Shown here: positions 21,568 to 30,712 of the stretch, piece after piece | How positions within the stretch are numbered: the first letter of the stretch is position 1 | How the letters are laid out: every line of letters begins with the position of its first letter | Source: Candidatus Latescibacterota bacterium | GTDB taxonomy: Bacteria > Latescibacterota > UBA2968 > GCA-2709665 | DNA length: 64,000 nt | NCBI GenBank assembly: GCA_965219995.1 | Contig: CBDCOX010000002.1 | Coordinates: forward strand, 3,136,001-3,200,000 | Direction: 5' to 3' | The notes under the pieces: generated by a model | What the model saw: only the letters and a program-made list of their open reading frames with translations | What the model was told of the DNA's origin: nothing | The model's database searches: none | Translations under genes and position numbers: made by a program

Positions 21568-23034
21568 ATGTCCATCCAGACCATCCGCTACCGACAGCTG
21601 ACGCTGATCCTGGGCCTGCTCTTCGCCGCCGGCGCCTTTACATCTCCCGCGCACGCGTCCGAGGACCAGGCCATCGAGCAGCTTCGGAACCTCAACGAAG
21701 CCTTTACGAGCATTGCCAGCCGGATCACGCCCACGGTGGTCACCATCAGCACACGTGAAACCGTCAGTGACGTTTGGACCCGGGGAGTACCTGAAAACTA
21801 TCGCCGATATTTCTGGATGCCGCGTCGCGAGCAGCCGCAGGAAAGGCGGGAACGACCGGGACTCGGATCCGGCATTATCATGACGGCGGACGGCTACATT
21901 CTGACCAATCATCACGTGGCCGGCAGTGCGGATGAAATCACGGTGATCCTCAATAATAACGAGGAGTTCGAAGCCCGGCTGGTGGGTACCGACTCCCTCA
22001 CGGACGTGGCCGTCATCAAGATCGATACGAAAGGCCTCCCGGCCGCTCCCGTCGGCAACTCTGACGATATCCGGATCGGCGAGTGGGTCATGGCCGTGGG
22101 CGCCCCCCTGTCCCTGCGTTCCACCGTCACCTCCGGCATCGTGAGCGCTTTGGGCCGCAATCTGGATATCATCGCCGACCGCTCGGGGTTCGCGATCGAG
22201 GATTTCATCCAGACGGACGCCGCCATCAATCCCGGGAATTCAGGTGGCGCGTTGATCAACCTCGACGGGGAAGTCATCGGCGTCAACACCGCCATCGCGT
22301 CCAGTACCGGTCAGTTCGTCGGGTACGGCTTTGCCATTCCGATCAACCTGGCCAGGAAGGTGATGGACGACATCGTCGCCCATGGCCGCGTCCGACGGGG
22401 GTTTCTGGGCATTAATCTCAAGAGCGTCGACGCCGCGCTTGCCGACGCGTTCGGCATGGACCGGCCGCGCGGCGTACTCATCGCCGACGTTTTCCCGGAC
22501 ACACCGGCCGATGCGGCGGGACTGAAAACAGAGGACATCATCCTGAGTATAGACGGCAAAGCGGTCAATCGTCCAAACCACGTTCAAAGCCTGATTGCAC
22601 GGAAACACCCCGACGATAACGTGACATTGGAAGTCAGACGCAAGAACAGGACGATCGACGTTCAGGTTAAACTGGGCGAGAAACCGTCGCAGGTCGGCGA
22701 AATCGCATCGGCCAGGCCTGCATCCGGCCAGGCCGAGCTTCATGGGCTGCGGGTGAGCGACGTCACCCAGGAGGTCGCCGAAAGGTGGGGGCTGGAAGGA
22801 GAGACCGATGGGATTCTCGTGACGGAGGTGGCTCCCCGAAGCCGGGCCGCCAGAGCCCGCTTTGAACGGGGAGACATCATCTTCAAGATCCGCCAGGGGA
22901 ATTTCGAGCGGGAGGTGCGGTCCGTCGCCGAATTCAAGACGTCCCTGGCCAAACTCGAAAAGGGCCGCAACGCCGCCTTTTACGTACGGCGGGGAACGTA
23001 CCACCTGTTCCTGACCATGAAGATACCCGAGTAG
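21568..23034 (+). CDS. degP: HtrA/Do-family periplasmic serine protease with 2 PDZ domains
   Basis: GSGII, LTNHHV, TDVAVIKI, IQTDAAINPGNSGGAL. Confidence 0.93.
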   Translation: MSIQTIRYRQLTLILGLLFAAGAFTSPAHASEDQAIEQLRNLNEAFTSIASRITPTVVTISTRETVSDVWTRGVPENYRRYFWMPRREQPQERRERPGLGSGIIMTADGYILTNHHVAGSADEITVILNNNEEFEARLVGTDSLTDVAVIKIDTKGLPAAPVGNSDDIRIGEWVMAVGAPLSLRSTVTSGIVSALGRNLDIIADRSGFAIEDFIQTDAAINPGNSGGALINLDGEVIGVNTAIASSTGQFVGYGFAIPINLARKVMDDIVAHGRVRRGFLGINLKSVDAALADAFGMDRPRGVLIADVFPDTPADAAGLKTEDIILSIDGKAVNRPNHVQSLIARKHPDDNVTLEVRRKNRTIDVQVKLGEKPSQVGEIASARPASGQAELHGLRVSDVTQEVAERWGLEGETDGILVTEVAPRSRAARARFERGDIIFKIRQGNFEREVRSVAEFKTSLAKLEKGRNAAFYVRRGTYHLFLTMKIPE

Positions 23035-23079
23035 GCGCCCCGCCGCGGTCCATGCCGCCAGGCGATACTCGCGAACGTC

Positions 23080-23116
23080 AAGAAGCCCGGCAGGAACGCC
23101 TGCCGGGCTTCTTTGT
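23080..23116 (+). terminator. Rho-independent terminator after degP
   Basis: AAGAAGCCCGGCAGG-AACG-CCTGCCGGGCTTCTT followed by TGT. Confidence 0.75.
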
Positions 23117-23127
23117 GAGCGATCAGT

Positions 23128-23318
23128 TAAATGCGGTGAGCGGGTAGACGTGAGACGGGAGATGATGTGATCGCCCTGTGCGGGTTCAAATCTTGCCGGA
23201 GGCATTAAGCGAGAATCAATCAGGCAAAAATGTCATCTACCGTCTTCCGTCTCACGTCTTCCCGCTTTTACGCGACCTCTCCCCCCGACCCCCTCTCCCG
23301 GGGGGAGAGGGGGAGCAA
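23128..23318 (+). repeat. Heptamer-arm element (L-C-R) plus CCCCCTCTCC/GGAGAGGGGG hairpin
   Basis: Direct repeat of 24433-24617. Confidence 0.88.
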
Positions 23319-23541
23319 GACCAGGCGTAAATCAGACGTTATTGATTTCATCTCGGCCCTGACTCTCCAATACCCTTGTCCAGAGAAACCAAATCGATGA
23401 CACCGCCAGACGAATAATCCAAAAACAACCCTTGTAATTAAGGGTAGAAGCAAGGTATATTATATCGTCAGAAGATCCATTGTTGCTCTGAAGACCGATC
23501 GCCAATTACGTTTCGACAACTCTCAGCGAGGGATTCCACCA

Positions 23542-24219
23542 GTGAACCACAGTGATCCCAAATACAGAACGCTGGCTACATATCAGGTGGCTGAAGCTGC
23601 GCGCTTTCTCAGGATAAATCCGGGAACGCTCAGAGTTTGGCTTAAGGCCGAACATCTGCTGAGACCGCCTGCGGCACAGCGGACTCAGCTCTCTTTCCTG
23701 AATCTTGTTGAGGCCCACGTTCTGTCAGCGCTTCGGGGTGAATTCGGCCTCTCGATGCAGCGCATTCGGATCGCTCTGGACGAATTGCGACATCAATGGC
23801 CGGAGGTTGAGTACCCGCTGGCTACCGAGGAATTCTTCACCGATGGAAAGTATCTGCTGATCGAGAAACTCGGTCAACTGTTCAACCTGAACCGGGGTAG
23901 CCAGATTGAGGTGGGTGAACTTATCGAGGCTTACTTGAATCGCGTCGACCGGGATGAAATTGGCCCTGTGCGCCTTCATCCCTTCACTGTAGACCCGCGG
24001 CTGAACCGGCAACGGGCCAACAGACGTCACGTTTTCATCAGCCCATACGTTTCGTTCGGACGCCCGTCAATCACTGGCATTGGTGTGGCCACCGAGGTAG
24101 TTTACGACAGATTCATTGGTGGAGACACCATCAGCCAAATGTGTAAGGACTATCGTCTCACACCCGTTCAGCTTGAGGAAGTCCTAAGGTATGAGTCCGC
24201 GATCAGCCGGGCCGCCTGA
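23542..24219 (+). CDS. DUF433/VapB45-like antitoxin
   Basis: Y.VAEAARFL.I..GTLR.W HTH, LSFLNLVEAHVL, C-terminal P.VSFGRP.I.G.GV.TE. Confidence 0.85.
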   Translation: MNHSDPKYRTLATYQVAEAARFLRINPGTLRVWLKAEHLLRPPAAQRTQLSFLNLVEAHVLSALRGEFGLSMQRIRIALDELRHQWPEVEYPLATEEFFTDGKYLLIEKLGQLFNLNRGSQIEVGELIEAYLNRVDRDEIGPVRLHPFTVDPRLNRQRANRRHVFISPYVSFGRPSITGIGVATEVVYDRFIGGDTISQMCKDYRLTPVQLEEVLRYESAISRAA

Positions 24220-24322
24220 TTCTCCTTTGCACATATTTGTTGACCGTAACCTGTCCAGCGGGATATTAATACGAGAATTGCGCGAGGCCCGGATCACGAA
24301 AGACCTGGGCCTCGAAAGTTGA
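24191..24322 (+). pseudogene. Truncated VapC45-like PIN toxin (43 aa)
   Basis: Overlaps the antitoxin 3' end; MSPRSAGPPDSPLHIFVDRNLSSGILIRELREAR resembles the FVDRxL PIN N-terminus, then stops. Confidence 0.65.
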
Positions 24323-24432
24323 GGAAACGGTGTGATGGTGGGGCAGACATTCCTGTCTGCCCCTTTTTTGTACTTCCGCAGGAATGCAGACTGGGACGGT
24401 CGCTTCGACCTCTCCCCCCGACCCCCCTCCTC

Positions 24433-24896
24433 TGGTGAGACGTAAGACGGGAGACGTGAGAGATTGTCTGCCCGGTGCGGTTACATTTTTTGCCGGAGGC
24501 ATAAAGCGAGAATCAATCGGGCATGGACGTCATCTACCGTCTACCGTCTAACTTCTCACCGGTTTTACGCAGACCTCTCCCCCCGACCCCCTCTCCTGTG
24601 AGGAGAGGGGGAGCAAAAGGCAGCTATCGGCAATAAGCTGTCAGCATGGAGCAAACGCGTACCCATTGACGTCTGCGCCGTGATGAGGCAGGACCCTTTC
24701 CTGAAGGAAAGGGGGGTCAGAGGCGGGTAGACGTTAGACGGGAGAGATTGTCCGCCGCGTCCGGTTTCACTTCTTGCCGCAGGCATAAAGGAAGAACCAA
24801 TCGGGCAAAGGTGTCCTCTACCGTCTACCGTCTTGCGTCTCACCGCTCTCAGGTTCTTCCCTCCTCCTTCTTCCCTTTCCCGTCTTCCCGCCTTTA
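24433..24896 (+). repeat. Two heptamer-arm elements (L-C-R) plus hairpin repeats
   Basis: 24433-24567 and 24720-24896; the last terminus CCCGCCTTTA contains the stop codon of the convergent gene. Confidence 0.88.
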
Positions 24897-26651
24897 CGGG
24901 ACCTTTTTGTTGATCTTGATAACGAAGGTTTCCGGAGTCTTTGTGACGTGCACAGCCGAGAAGCGATCCGGATAGGCCTTTATGGCCGGCAAGATATGCT
25001 TCAGTTTCTCTGTGAATATCGGGACGTTTTCCACAAGGACGTAGTCGAATTTCCCAAGCGCCTTCATCGCTTCGGCCGGATCCTCGAAGCGGGGATAGCC
25101 ATCGGCTTCCCTCCGGGACCAGAACCACACCAGGCCCGGCTTCCTGGTGGCGACGCGGCTCTGCGGGGGCGTGTTGTCCCTCATCCAGACGCTGGCCTCG
25201 TGGTAGCGTTTCCAATGTGGGGTGTTATAGCCCGGCGTCATCCGCTTCTGCCTGATGATCGCGAAATTCCCGAATAATGAAGGCAGCAGAAACAGACAGG
25301 CCAGGAATACGGGAGCATACCCGCTCAGAACGGGGCGGGTAAAGACAGGCACGAACTTCCTCAGCGGCAGAAAGCGGGCGCCGCGCGCGGCCCGACCTGC
25401 CGATTCAGGGAATAAGCCGCAGATCCGTTCCGCGGCCTTGAATATATAGAGCACGATGAACGGAAGTATCGGCAGCAGGTAACGGGAAGGCGAGCCGGGC
25501 AGGGTGAAGAGGGTCGCAACGTAACCCATCACGTACCAATCGTGGACCTCCAGGCTTCGCAGAAGCGAGAGGGGCTTACTGGCGGGAAACTTTCTCCCGA
25601 ACACGAACCCGATGCCGATCAGAATGAGAAAGAGCCAACCGAGGGGACGCCACCCCGCCGTAATCGGCAGTCTGTCCAGATATTGTCTGAAAAGCAGGAG
25701 GTACTCCAGGTTCTCCAGGTATCCGCGAGGGTTTTTCGTGAAGAAATAATAGAAGAAATTATCCCAGAAGGAGCCCGCATCGCTCTCCGGGATGTAAACC
25801 CCCGCGGAAATCTGGTTGATCATCCCGAGATAGCCCTGGGAATCGGGAAAGTTCACCTTGAGGTAGAATACCCACGGCAGGACCAGGACCGAGGCGCACG
25901 CGGCAAGAAGCACCGGTTTCCTGAATTGTCCGCGCAGAACGAGATAGATCGCAGCCGCAATCACCAGGTAGATCGATGGCGACTTGACGTGGTACGCCCA
26001 CCCCGCGGCGCCGGCCGCTGCGATCAGCCACTTCCACGAGATACCCGGACGTTCGATGTATTTCAGGATCACCCAGAGGGCGAGTAACGAGAAAGCGGGA
26101 AAGGGTATGTCGGCGGTGGCAACGTTGGAGAACTCCACGGACAGCCAGAGGGAACCGGTAATCAGCGCGATCAGAAGCGCCCGGCTGTTGTCGATGAATT
26201 CCCGGACGACCAGGAACGTGCAGAGCGGAAAGAGAAACCCTGTCAGGGCGATGGTCGCCTTGAGCGAAAATACGCTGCCCGGAAACAGTAAGGCTGCCGG
26301 CATCAGCAGGGTCTTCACGCCCAGGCCGTACTGGCTGTCCACCACGCCTCTGCCCTGAACCAGGCGCATCGCGTCCCTGATATACGCGATATTGTCGCCA
26401 ATGACATGTACCCATTCGTTGCAGGTGAGAAGATACAGGCCGGTAATCGCGGCGGTACCGATCACGGCCGAGGTCGTATACCGGCGCTCCGGAATCTGCC
26501 GGAATGCCGCCAGGCCGGCGACGCAGAGAATCACCACCATACAGGCCATCGTGGGCGCCAGGGTCGCAAGGTTGAGAAGGTGCACACACTGAAAGGCCAG
26601 CAGGACAACCAGGGAATACGGGAAAACGTAGCTGAGATATCGGGCGGTCAT
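24894..26651 (-). CDS. Polytopic membrane glycosyltransferase (GT-C, ArnT/PMT-like)
   Basis: Many TM helices, GDNIAY loop, RYLLPILP, C-terminal WMRDNTPP domain; downstream of a GT2. Confidence 0.7.
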   Translation of the reverse strand: MTARYLSYVFPYSLVVLLAFQCVHLLNLATLAPTMACMVVILCVAGLAAFRQIPERRYTTSAVIGTAAITGLYLLTCNEWVHVIGDNIAYIRDAMRLVQGRGVVDSQYGLGVKTLLMPAALLFPGSVFSLKATIALTGFLFPLCTFLVVREFIDNSRALLIALITGSLWLSVEFSNVATADIPFPAFSLLALWVILKYIERPGISWKWLIAAAGAAGWAYHVKSPSIYLVIAAAIYLVLRGQFRKPVLLAACASVLVLPWVFYLKVNFPDSQGYLGMINQISAGVYIPESDAGSFWDNFFYYFFTKNPRGYLENLEYLLLFRQYLDRLPITAGWRPLGWLFLILIGIGFVFGRKFPASKPLSLLRSLEVHDWYVMGYVATLFTLPGSPSRYLLPILPFIVLYIFKAAERICGLFPESAGRAARGARFLPLRKFVPVFTRPVLSGYAPVFLACLFLLPSLFGNFAIIRQKRMTPGYNTPHWKRYHEASVWMRDNTPPQSRVATRKPGLVWFWSRREADGYPRFEDPAEAMKALGKFDYVLVENVPIFTEKLKHILPAIKAYPDRFSAVHVTKTPETFVIKINKKVP

Positions 26652-27376
26652 ATTCTCAAAAAGCGGTACTTGAGGAGGGTTTTGACGTTGATGAAGAAGT
26701 CGGTCCAGCGCACCTTCTTGCCGGCGCTGACGTCACGTCCCCGGTAGGTGATCGGAACGTCCACGATCCGGCAACCTCTCTTCAGGAGCTTGGCCGTGAG
26801 TTCGTGTTCCAGGTCGAAACCGTCCCGCACGAGCGGAATGTCGCGCACGATATCGGTCCGGTAGAGCTTGTACCCGGTGCACAGGTCGGTGATCCGGGAG
26901 CGAAACAGGAGATTCGTAAACCACGTGAGCAGTTTGTTCGCGATAAAGTTCGGTAGCATCATGCCCTCGATCCGTCCCAGGAAACGCGAACCGAAAACCA
27001 CGGAGATCGAAGGGTCCCGCAGAAAGGGGGCGATCAGTTCTGGGTAGTCTTCAGGCGCGTATTCCAGGTCGGCGTCCTGGATGAGGGCCCAATCGCCGGT
27101 TGCGTGTTCCAGGGCTGTGCGCACGGCCGCGCCCTTTCCCCTGTTCTGCGGGTGGCGCACCACCCTGATATCGCCGTCGTCCAGGTCCCTCAGAATCGAT
27201 CCGGTCCCGTCCGTGGAGCCGTCATCCACGACGATGATTTCCTTCCGGACGCCTTCCTGCACCGCCGCGGCCCTGACGCGGTCGATCACGGCGGCAAGGG
27301 TATTCGCCTCGTTGTATACGGGAATCATGATGGACAGCAGGGTTTCCCGCGAGGACGGTTTCGAAGTTGCGCTCAC
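26648..27376 (-). CDS. GT2 polyprenyl-phosphate glycosyltransferase (DPM1-like)
   Basis: LSIMIPVYNE, VVDDGSTDGT, NRGKGAA, IQDADLEY; GTG start overlaps the upstream TGA. Confidence 0.92.
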   Translation of the reverse strand: MSATSKPSSRETLLSIMIPVYNEANTLAAVIDRVRAAAVQEGVRKEIIVVDDGSTDGTGSILRDLDDGDIRVVRHPQNRGKGAAVRTALEHATGDWALIQDADLEYAPEDYPELIAPFLRDPSISVVFGSRFLGRIEGMMLPNFIANKLLTWFTNLLFRSRITDLCTGYKLYRTDIVRDIPLVRDGFDLEHELTAKLLKRGCRIVDVPITYRGRDVSAGKKVRWTDFFINVKTLLKYRFLRI

Positions 27377-28452
27377 GCGGCACATCCGGGCGTAACCTCC
27401 GCGACCTCGAGGCCCGTGGGATCGACCGATGCGGAAAGAAGCCCCGCGGTGGGAACGGGGGCCAGGATCTCCCGCCAGGCGACCGCGAGTTCCGAGACGG
27501 CTTCGGGGTGCGGCGCCAGCGCCCAGACGCACCCGCCGTTGCCGCTGCCCGCCGTGGCGAAACCCGCCCCGACCCCGGCGCATGCGGCCTGCAGTTTTTC
27601 ACCGAGCACGGTCATCCGGGCGGGCACAATCGCGCAGCGAATCCCGGTTTCCTCGTCCATCAGCCTGCCGGCGGCCTCCCAGTCCGTCCGTTTCAAGGCG
27701 TCCGCGAATTCGGTGGCGATTTCATTGACACGGAACCACCGGTTTCGATGCCGCCCGGCCAGGAAGTCGTCCACCTGGCGGCTGTTGACGTCATTGGAGT
27801 CGTGCGGCTTGCCGATATAGGCGACCAGCAGACGTTCGCCCAGCGCGCTGTACCGGTCCCGGGCGAGAACCGCCTCCCTGCGAAACTTTCCGGCGGTATC
27901 GCCGTAGGTCCAGCGCCACGTGTTGACCCCGCCGTACGCGGCGGCGCACTGGTCCTGCAGGCCGGTATAGGAGAATCGGAGGCCGTCTTCAATATTGTAG
28001 ACGATCTCGATGATTTCCTCCGGCGACAGTCCGGGGCCTCCATCCAGCACCCTCGCGCGGGAAAGCGCTCCGGCCAGGGCGACCGAGAGCGTGCCGGACC
28101 CGCCCACGCCGCTGCGGGGCGGGCAGCCGTAGGAGATTTCGATTTCGACGCCGCCCAGCGCGAAATGAGCCGCAATCGCGAACAGAAGCCCGAAATGGCC
28201 CGTCATGTCGGGCGCATCCGCGGGAAAGGTCTCGCGATGAAATTCGTCCACAATGCGCACGTAGCCCTGCCGGTAGGCTTTGAGGCGGATGCGGGTGCGC
28301 GCGGAGATGGCGATGTTGGTGGTGGCGGGATTCAGGCTGGCGTAGGGCAGCGCGAAACACTTGAGGTCCCACGTGCCGCCAACGTCCAGGCGGCAGGGCG
28401 CCGAAGACAGGATTTCGACGGTCTGCAGGCGGGTGCTGAGGTCCCTGGTCAT
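27373..28452 (-). CDS. GHMP sugar kinase (HddA/heptose-7-phosphate kinase-like)
   Basis: APCRLDVGGTWD, PPRSGVGGSG, GLQDQCAAAYGG, GSGNGG. Confidence 0.8.
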   Translation of the reverse strand: MTRDLSTRLQTVEILSSAPCRLDVGGTWDLKCFALPYASLNPATTNIAISARTRIRLKAYRQGYVRIVDEFHRETFPADAPDMTGHFGLLFAIAAHFALGGVEIEISYGCPPRSGVGGSGTLSVALAGALSRARVLDGGPGLSPEEIIEIVYNIEDGLRFSYTGLQDQCAAAYGGVNTWRWTYGDTAGKFRREAVLARDRYSALGERLLVAYIGKPHDSNDVNSRQVDDFLAGRHRNRWFRVNEIATEFADALKRTDWEAAGRLMDEETGIRCAIVPARMTVLGEKLQAACAGVGAGFATAGSGNGGCVWALAPHPEAVSELAVAWREILAPVPTAGLLSASVDPTGLEVAEVTPGCAA

Positions 28453-28475
28453 GTGCTTTCTCGAAGCGTGTGCGT

Positions 28476-29402
28476 TCACGCGCGAGGATGAAAGGAGCGG
28501 TGGACCTCTTTCAGGTATTCCCGATCGACGTGGGTGTAAATCTGCGTTGTCGATATATCCACGTGTCCCAGCATCTCCTGCACGGCGCGGAGGTCGGCGC
28601 CGCCTTCCAGAAGATGGGTCGCGAAGGAATGACGCATGGTGTGCGGGCTGACCGTCTTCCGGATGCCGGCATCCTGCACGTAGCGCCGCAAGATCTTCCA
28701 CACGCCCATGCGGGACATGGACCCGCCCCGGAAGTTCAGGAAAATCGTGTCTCCGGACGCCGGCCGGCTCAAATCGACACGCGCGCCCGTCAGATAGCGA
28801 TTGACCCACTCCACGGCTTCCGTTCCGATGGGCACGATCCGCTCCCGGCTGCCCTTGCCGATCACGCGCACCACCTCCAGGTCGAAGAGGAGGTGCGACC
28901 GCTCCAGCCCGGTCAGCTCCGACACCCGGAGACCCGCGCCGTACAGCATTTCAAGCAATGCGCGGTCGCGCAGACCCAGAGGCGTCTCCACGTCCGGCTC
29001 GATCATCAGGCGTTCCACTTCGTAGATGTTCAGGACGGCGGGCAGTTTACGGCCCAGTTTAGGCGACTTCATATGCTCGGTGGGGTCGATTTCGATGACG
29101 CCTTCGGTCTGCAGGAACCGATGAAACATCCGGACGGCCGTCAGGTTTCGCGCCACGCTGGAAGCTTCCAGGCCGAGGTCCGCCAGCAGTTGCAACAGCG
29201 CGGACACGTCCGCCTGCGACACGTCCACGGGGGTCCTTACTCCACGCGCGTCCAGCACGGCGGCGTACCGGTCCAGGTCCCGGGCATAGGCCGATACGGT
29301 ATTTTCGGCCAACCCCTGCTCCAGGTGCACGTAGTCCATGAACCCGCGCAGCGCATCGTGCCATTCCGCCGATACGCCCCGCTCGCCCGCGTCCGTATCC
29401 AT
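28476..29402 (-). CDS. xerD: Site-specific tyrosine recombinase XerD
   Basis: GLAENTVSAYARDL, LRDRALLEMLYGAGLRVSEL, SPHTMRHSFATHLLEGGADLRAVQEMLGH, FHPRA. Confidence 0.96.
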   Translation of the reverse strand: MDTDAGERGVSAEWHDALRGFMDYVHLEQGLAENTVSAYARDLDRYAAVLDARGVRTPVDVSQADVSALLQLLADLGLEASSVARNLTAVRMFHRFLQTEGVIEIDPTEHMKSPKLGRKLPAVLNIYEVERLMIEPDVETPLGLRDRALLEMLYGAGLRVSELTGLERSHLLFDLEVVRVIGKGSRERIVPIGTEAVEWVNRYLTGARVDLSRPASGDTIFLNFRGGSMSRMGVWKILRRYVQDAGIRKTVSPHTMRHSFATHLLEGGADLRAVQEMLGHVDISTTQIYTHVDREYLKEVHRSFHPRA

Positions 29403-29926
29403 CACGACCGCCATTCCCGCGAACGCCGGCGTCCGCCGTTCCCTTCCAGCGCCAGCAGGGCGGCTTTCCACTCCCCGCCGTAAGCGAAACCCGTCAGCGC
29501 CCCGGACGCGCCCACGACCCGATGACACGGCACAACGATCGCGCACGGGTTCTTTCCGAGCGCGGCGCCCACCGCGCGGGCGGCCTTCGGGCGTCCGATG
29601 GCATTCGCGACGTCGCCGTAAGACCGCCGTCCACCGTACGGAATCTCCAGGGTCGCCTGCCAGACCATGCCCTGGAACGCCGTATAGCCGGAGAGGTCGG
29701 GCCGGTCGTGAAACCGCACGGGTTCGCCGGAAAAATAGCCGGCGAGCGCGTCGATGAGGCGCTGCCCCCGCTCGTCGGGGGGAGCGCCTTCCACCAGCCC
29801 GGGACAGGCGATATCGACCGGGTCGAAACGCCCCAGCCGGATCGACGCCAGCCTGCGGCCTTTCCAGGTTATCTCGACCCGACCCAGTCCCGTCTTCAGA
29901 ACCGCGGACTGGATGGTCGGTGACAT
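29402..29926 (-). CDS. ogt: Methylated-DNA--protein-cysteine methyltransferase
   Basis: FQGMVW, IPYG, ARAVG.ALGKNP.AIVVPCHRVV. Confidence 0.92.
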   Translation of the reverse strand: MSPTIQSAVLKTGLGRVEITWKGRRLASIRLGRFDPVDIACPGLVEGAPPDERGQRLIDALAGYFSGEPVRFHDRPDLSGYTAFQGMVWQATLEIPYGGRRSYGDVANAIGRPKAARAVGAALGKNPCAIVVPCHRVVGASGALTGFAYGGEWKAALLALEGNGGRRRSREWRS

Positions 29927-29989
29927 GTAGATATCGTTTTTCACCACGTCCTCCACGTTCTGTTCCCGAAATATGTCAGCATGGATCTG

Positions 29990-30135
29990 AGGCCCTGCCC
30001 TGAGCCGTTCCCTGAGCTTGTCGAAGGGCCGGCGAAGGGTCGAAGGGCCGGCGAAGGGTCGAGGGCTACTTGAGTGCGGGCATTTCGACAAGCCACTTCG
30101 GCAAGCTCAGCGCAAGCAATGACCACGCGTGGAAA
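29990..30135. repeat. CTGAGCTTGTCGAA(G/A)-type palindromic repeat cluster, left flank of the GIY-YIG gene
   Basis: CCCTGAGCTTGTCGAAGGG...GGGCATTTCGACAAGC...AATGACCACG. Confidence 0.85.
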
Positions 30136-30149
30136 AGTTGACCAGACCG

Positions 30150-30461
30150 TCATTCCTTTTCATTCGGTCTTCCGTACTGCCGATAATTTCTCGACAACCC
30201 AGGTAATATCGCGATCTCGCCATTTATCAAAGCTTCCTTCTTCTTTCGGCTCCAACCTTGCACCTGCTTTTCTCGGTAGTGTGCCTCATCGATTCTCGGG
30301 AATCGCTGACAATACACCAGTTTGACAGGCCGATATTTACGTGTATAATTCGCCCCTTCGCCGCCATTATGCTCGGCAAGTCTCTTATGTAAGTCGTACG
30401 TACTACCTGTATAGTATCTGCCGTTAGAGCAAATCAGAATGTACATGTATGCTTCCGGCAT
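30150..30461 (-). CDS. Stand-alone GIY-YIG nuclease (UPF0213-like)
   Basis: YMYIL.CSNGRYYTGST.DL.KRL.EHN.GEGANYTRK.RPVKLVY...REKQVQGWSRKKKEALI; AT-rich. Confidence 0.93.
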   Translation of the reverse strand: MPEAYMYILICSNGRYYTGSTYDLHKRLAEHNGGEGANYTRKYRPVKLVYCQRFPRIDEAHYREKQVQGWSRKKKEALINGEIAILPGLSRNYRQYGRPNEKE

Positions 30462-30539
30462 ACGTACGCTCGTTCCCAGAGGATCAATGGCAACGTTCTG
30501 ACCAGCTTGCTTCGGCAGGCCAACGCGAAAGGGTGTCGG

Positions 30540-30712
30540 AACGCGGGCATTTCGACAAGCTCAATGACCACGCATGGATAAGTTCAACAAACGTGATTGA
30601 CCCACGCCCGCAGCCGTTCCCTGAGCATGCGTTGCCCTGAGCCTGTCGAAGGGTCGAAGGGCCGGCGAAGGGCTACTTGAACGCGGGCATTTCGAGAAGC
30701 TCATTGTCCACG
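30540..30712. repeat. Same repeat cluster, right flank of the GIY-YIG gene
   Basis: GCGGGCATTTCGACAAGCTCAATGACCACG, CCCTGAGCCTGTCGAAGGG; overlaps the uvrC stop codon. Confidence 0.85.

Noticed and set aside
28476-29402. Tyrosine recombinase as an integron/prophage integrase driving the cassettes
   Set aside because: Canonical chromosomal XerD sequence, without the IntI-specific insertion or attC-like GTTRRRY arrays
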